A model generated the notes under the pieces. The model was given only the letters and a program-made list of their open reading frames with translations, had not been told where the DNA came from and did not search any database. A program made the translations under genes and the position numbers. Of a stretch of DNA of 64,000 nucleotides, positions 61,510-64,000 are shown piece after piece. This DNA comes from Callorhinchus milii (taxonomy: Eukaryota). Numbering within the stretch: the first letter of the stretch is position 1; the number at the start of each line of letters is the position of its first letter. The DNA is taken from positions 18,104,001-18,168,000 of the forward strand of contig NW_024704747.1 in the NCBI RefSeq assembly GCF_018977255.1, read 5' to 3'.

Positions 61510-61861
61510 CTAATGTCCACGTCCTCCACGTCCTCCATGCCCATGGCCTCCATGCTCATGGCATCCTTGGTCATGGTCTTCATGCTCATGGCATCCTTGC
61601 CCATGGCCTCCATGCCCATGGCCTCCATGCCCATGGTCTCCATGCCCATGGCATCCTTGCCCTTGGCCTCCATGCCCATGGTCTTCATGCTCATGGCATC
61701 CTTGCCCTTGGCCTCCATGCCCATGGCCTCCATGCCCATGGCCTCCATGCCCATGGTCTCCATGCTCATGGCACCTTTCCCATGGTCTTCATGCCCATGG
61801 TCCTTACAATCTTTCGGTTGGCAATATTTTGATGGCTGAGGGCCTTTGTACACCTGCTGCT
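61510..61861 (-). CDS. Main exon of candidate His/Gly/Cys-rich repeat protein gene (1-nt frameshift as assembled)
   Basis: Acceptor TTATTTTCCTTACAG| at 61862 and donor TAG|GTGAGT at 61510/61509; encodes QQVYKGPQPSKYCQPKDCKD plus 18 x 15-nt repeats. Confidence 0.6.
61530..61800. repeat. 15-bp minisatellite, 18 units (minus-strand consensus CATGGGCATGGAGGC)
   Basis: Directly visible; one unit (~61771-61784) is 14 nt. Confidence 0.95.
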
Positions 61862-62928
61862 CTGTAAGGAAAATAACTACTGTAAATATACAGCAGACTC
61901 TGGTTACAATTGTACAAATTTGTATCACAACCTTCTCCAACAAGCTGATGGGCTGAACATAAGGCCACACACACCAAGTGCACCTATTCCCATTCACATG
62001 GGGGACATCAACAAACCCAAGCAAAGAAGAAACCAGTTTTCAGAGTGAGACCTTCTCTGAGTCATTGGGGGTGATGGTAGGGAACGTGGAAAGGGCAGGG
62101 GATTTTCAACGGAGTGTCTGACATACATGGAAACCCAGTATCGTGCTTAAGAGTCTCCAAACCAAACTGGAAATTTCCATTTGCCTAGAATGGAGAGCAC
62201 ATTCTCATCCTGGAGGGCCATACCTTGCTCAGAGCAGGGAGATGGGACTAAATGGATAGCACATTGCCAGATGGACCAAATGGACCTCTTCTGTACTGTA
62301 AAATTCTATTCTATTATTCTATGAAATGCTTCCACCTGCTAAAAGCATTGCTGCAGTCGTCATACAATGTTACTGTTGCACACCTCCCTCTACAGAGGAC
62401 TGTGGCTTGATGCTGCTCTGTGCTGGAGGCCCTGGGAAAACTCAAAAGATTTCACTGACCATCAGAGTCCCAAAATAGCCTTGTTATTGCCTTAAATTCA
62501 GTTTCCCCAGGGGTTAGATATACTCCTATTTTCTAATTATTAGATATACTTTATATCAGGACATGCAGGTTGCAAAATTTGACCAATTTTCTTTAGTTCT
62601 TCAAATAAAACCGAAGATACAGATTGAAAATTAAAGACTGTGCTTAAGAAATTCTGGAGCTCGCTTTGATCCGATGAACATGGATTGAAATCTTGTTGGC
62701 ATGAATTTCTTGTAACGGCATTACTCATGCTTCGACCTAGATTTGAGGTGATATTTCTAAAGATTCCCATCTCGTCATTGTAGGGCCAATGTGACACACC
62801 CACGACAATGAACCCTGCAGGTGTCTACAACACTTTCCAAGGTCTTTACTCTGTGTGGAGTCTCAACACATTTTTTTTGCAGGAATTAAAGGAATATAAA
62901 ATGACAATGAAAATGAATTGTTTCTTAC

Positions 62929-62960
62929 GCTGATCACACATCTCAAATGGCGTTGCTCAC
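62929..62960 (-). CDS. Candidate ATG-containing 32-nt exon of the His-rich gene (ATG at 62941)
   Basis: Acceptor CTGTTTTGTTTTTCCTTCAG|, 19 nt of UTR, GAG ATG TGT GAT CAG C|GTAAGA; phase 1 matches the 61861 exon. Confidence 0.55.
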
Positions 62961-64000
62961 CTGAAGGAAAAACAAAACAGAGTACTGTTATTTCTTACTT
63001 GACTATTGGAACTTATGTCAAAGATCAGATATGAGCAAAGAAGCTTCTGTTTTGCCGTGTATTAATAATAATTATAATCCTTACATTTGGTAGAGTGCCT
63101 TTCACATCTCAAAGTGCTTCACAGAATATATTGTAAAGTGAATTTTCTGTGCGAAATGTGGCAGGCAATTGTATACAGCAATGTTATGGATTGAGTAAAC
63201 AATGTATTTATTTTGGAGGTATTATTACCCCCGGAAAGCTTTTTTTGGGGTCAGCCGGGTGTCTGACACATGCAGAAGCCCATTACTATGCTTAAGAGGA
63301 TCCAAACTAAGCTGAGATTTCCACGCATCCCACCTACACATGGAAATCCCAGAGATAGATTGTTGAAATGGAATGCACACTCTCTCCCTAGAGGAATGCA
63401 TCCTGCTTACCTAATTGCGGAAAGGATTAGGTGCCGGTTGGCAAGAGCCAAGGTTTGGGAATTCCAGAATGTGCATTGAGGTACTGCTGGAGTCTAATCA
63501 GCTAAAACCGCATAGCTGGCCATTGATATTGCTGTCCGGCAAGCTTTCCCACTGCTTGTCCAGCTAGGACCACCCTAACCGTTAGGTGTTTGGATTGCAG
63601 GGTTAACAGAAGCTGAGTGGGATGACTCTCTGCCCCCAATAATTGTTCTGCCCTTCAAGGTCCTGCCAATTAATCAAGTTATTCCAGGTCAGCAGTGCCG
63701 TGGAATACTGAAGGAAGATGATTTTGAACACACTGGCAGGTGTGTGTTATTTAAATTGTGCTCTCCAGTTACTGACTGACACAAAATATTTACCAATGGA
63801 AATTATTTCTCCCTATTGACTCTATTTTGCTTTTTGTTAAACAAAATCTTTAAGAATCTCTGCGGTTGAAATTGCACCTGTGTGAAGATTTACTCTATTT
63901 TCTTCTTGTACTCTATTCAATTTCTTAAATACAGCTTTAATTCTGTGAGTTTCTTTAAGAGCTGCAGGAAAGCCAACTGACTTCAAATTTAAGACTAAAT

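Noticed and set aside
61530-61800. CRISPR-like array
   Set aside because: Contiguous tandem units without unique spacers, in a vertebrate genome.
61456-61839. Plus-strand (MASMP)n ORF
   Set aside because: By-product of the minisatellite; the splice signals and unique N-terminus support the minus strand instead.
61932-61983. Additional minus-strand exon VHLVCVALCSAHQLVGE (signal-peptide-like)
   Set aside because: The acceptor lacks an adjacent pyrimidine tract, the donor (AAG|GTTGTG) is weak, and the phase is incompatible with the ATG exon at 62929-62960.

Overview
Eukaryotic vertebrate DNA, most likely from a cartilaginous fish; the repeat families and fairly compact introns suggest a holocephalan/chimaera (inference). 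The window holds an essentially complete collagen VI alpha-2 gene (col6a2, + strand, ~16.9-58.5 kb). It has a probable non-coding exon 1 and 28 coding exons with GT-AG boundaries, encoding ~1028 aa: signal peptide, N1 vWA, Gly-X-Y helix, C1 and C2 vWA. Features of the gene: an intact alternative terminal exon homologous to the human 2C2a isoform tail (50738-51045); an extra intron splitting the equivalent of the human 90-nt exon 14 into 54+36 nt; and an apparent 1-nt frameshift in the signal-peptide exon. Downstream and convergent, I find a candidate unrecognised minus-strand gene. It encodes MCDQQQQ... followed by 18 His/Gly/Cys-rich pentapeptide repeats, and also carries a 1-nt frameshift as assembled. 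The rest is tRNA-headed SINEs (a Deu-domain family and a second family sharing its 3' half), L2 and CR1 LINE fragments, MITE-like inverted repeats, and Penelope-type terminal repeats with minimal hammerhead ribozyme cores. Human and chicken comparisons are from recalled sequences, not database searches; repeat boundaries are approximate.
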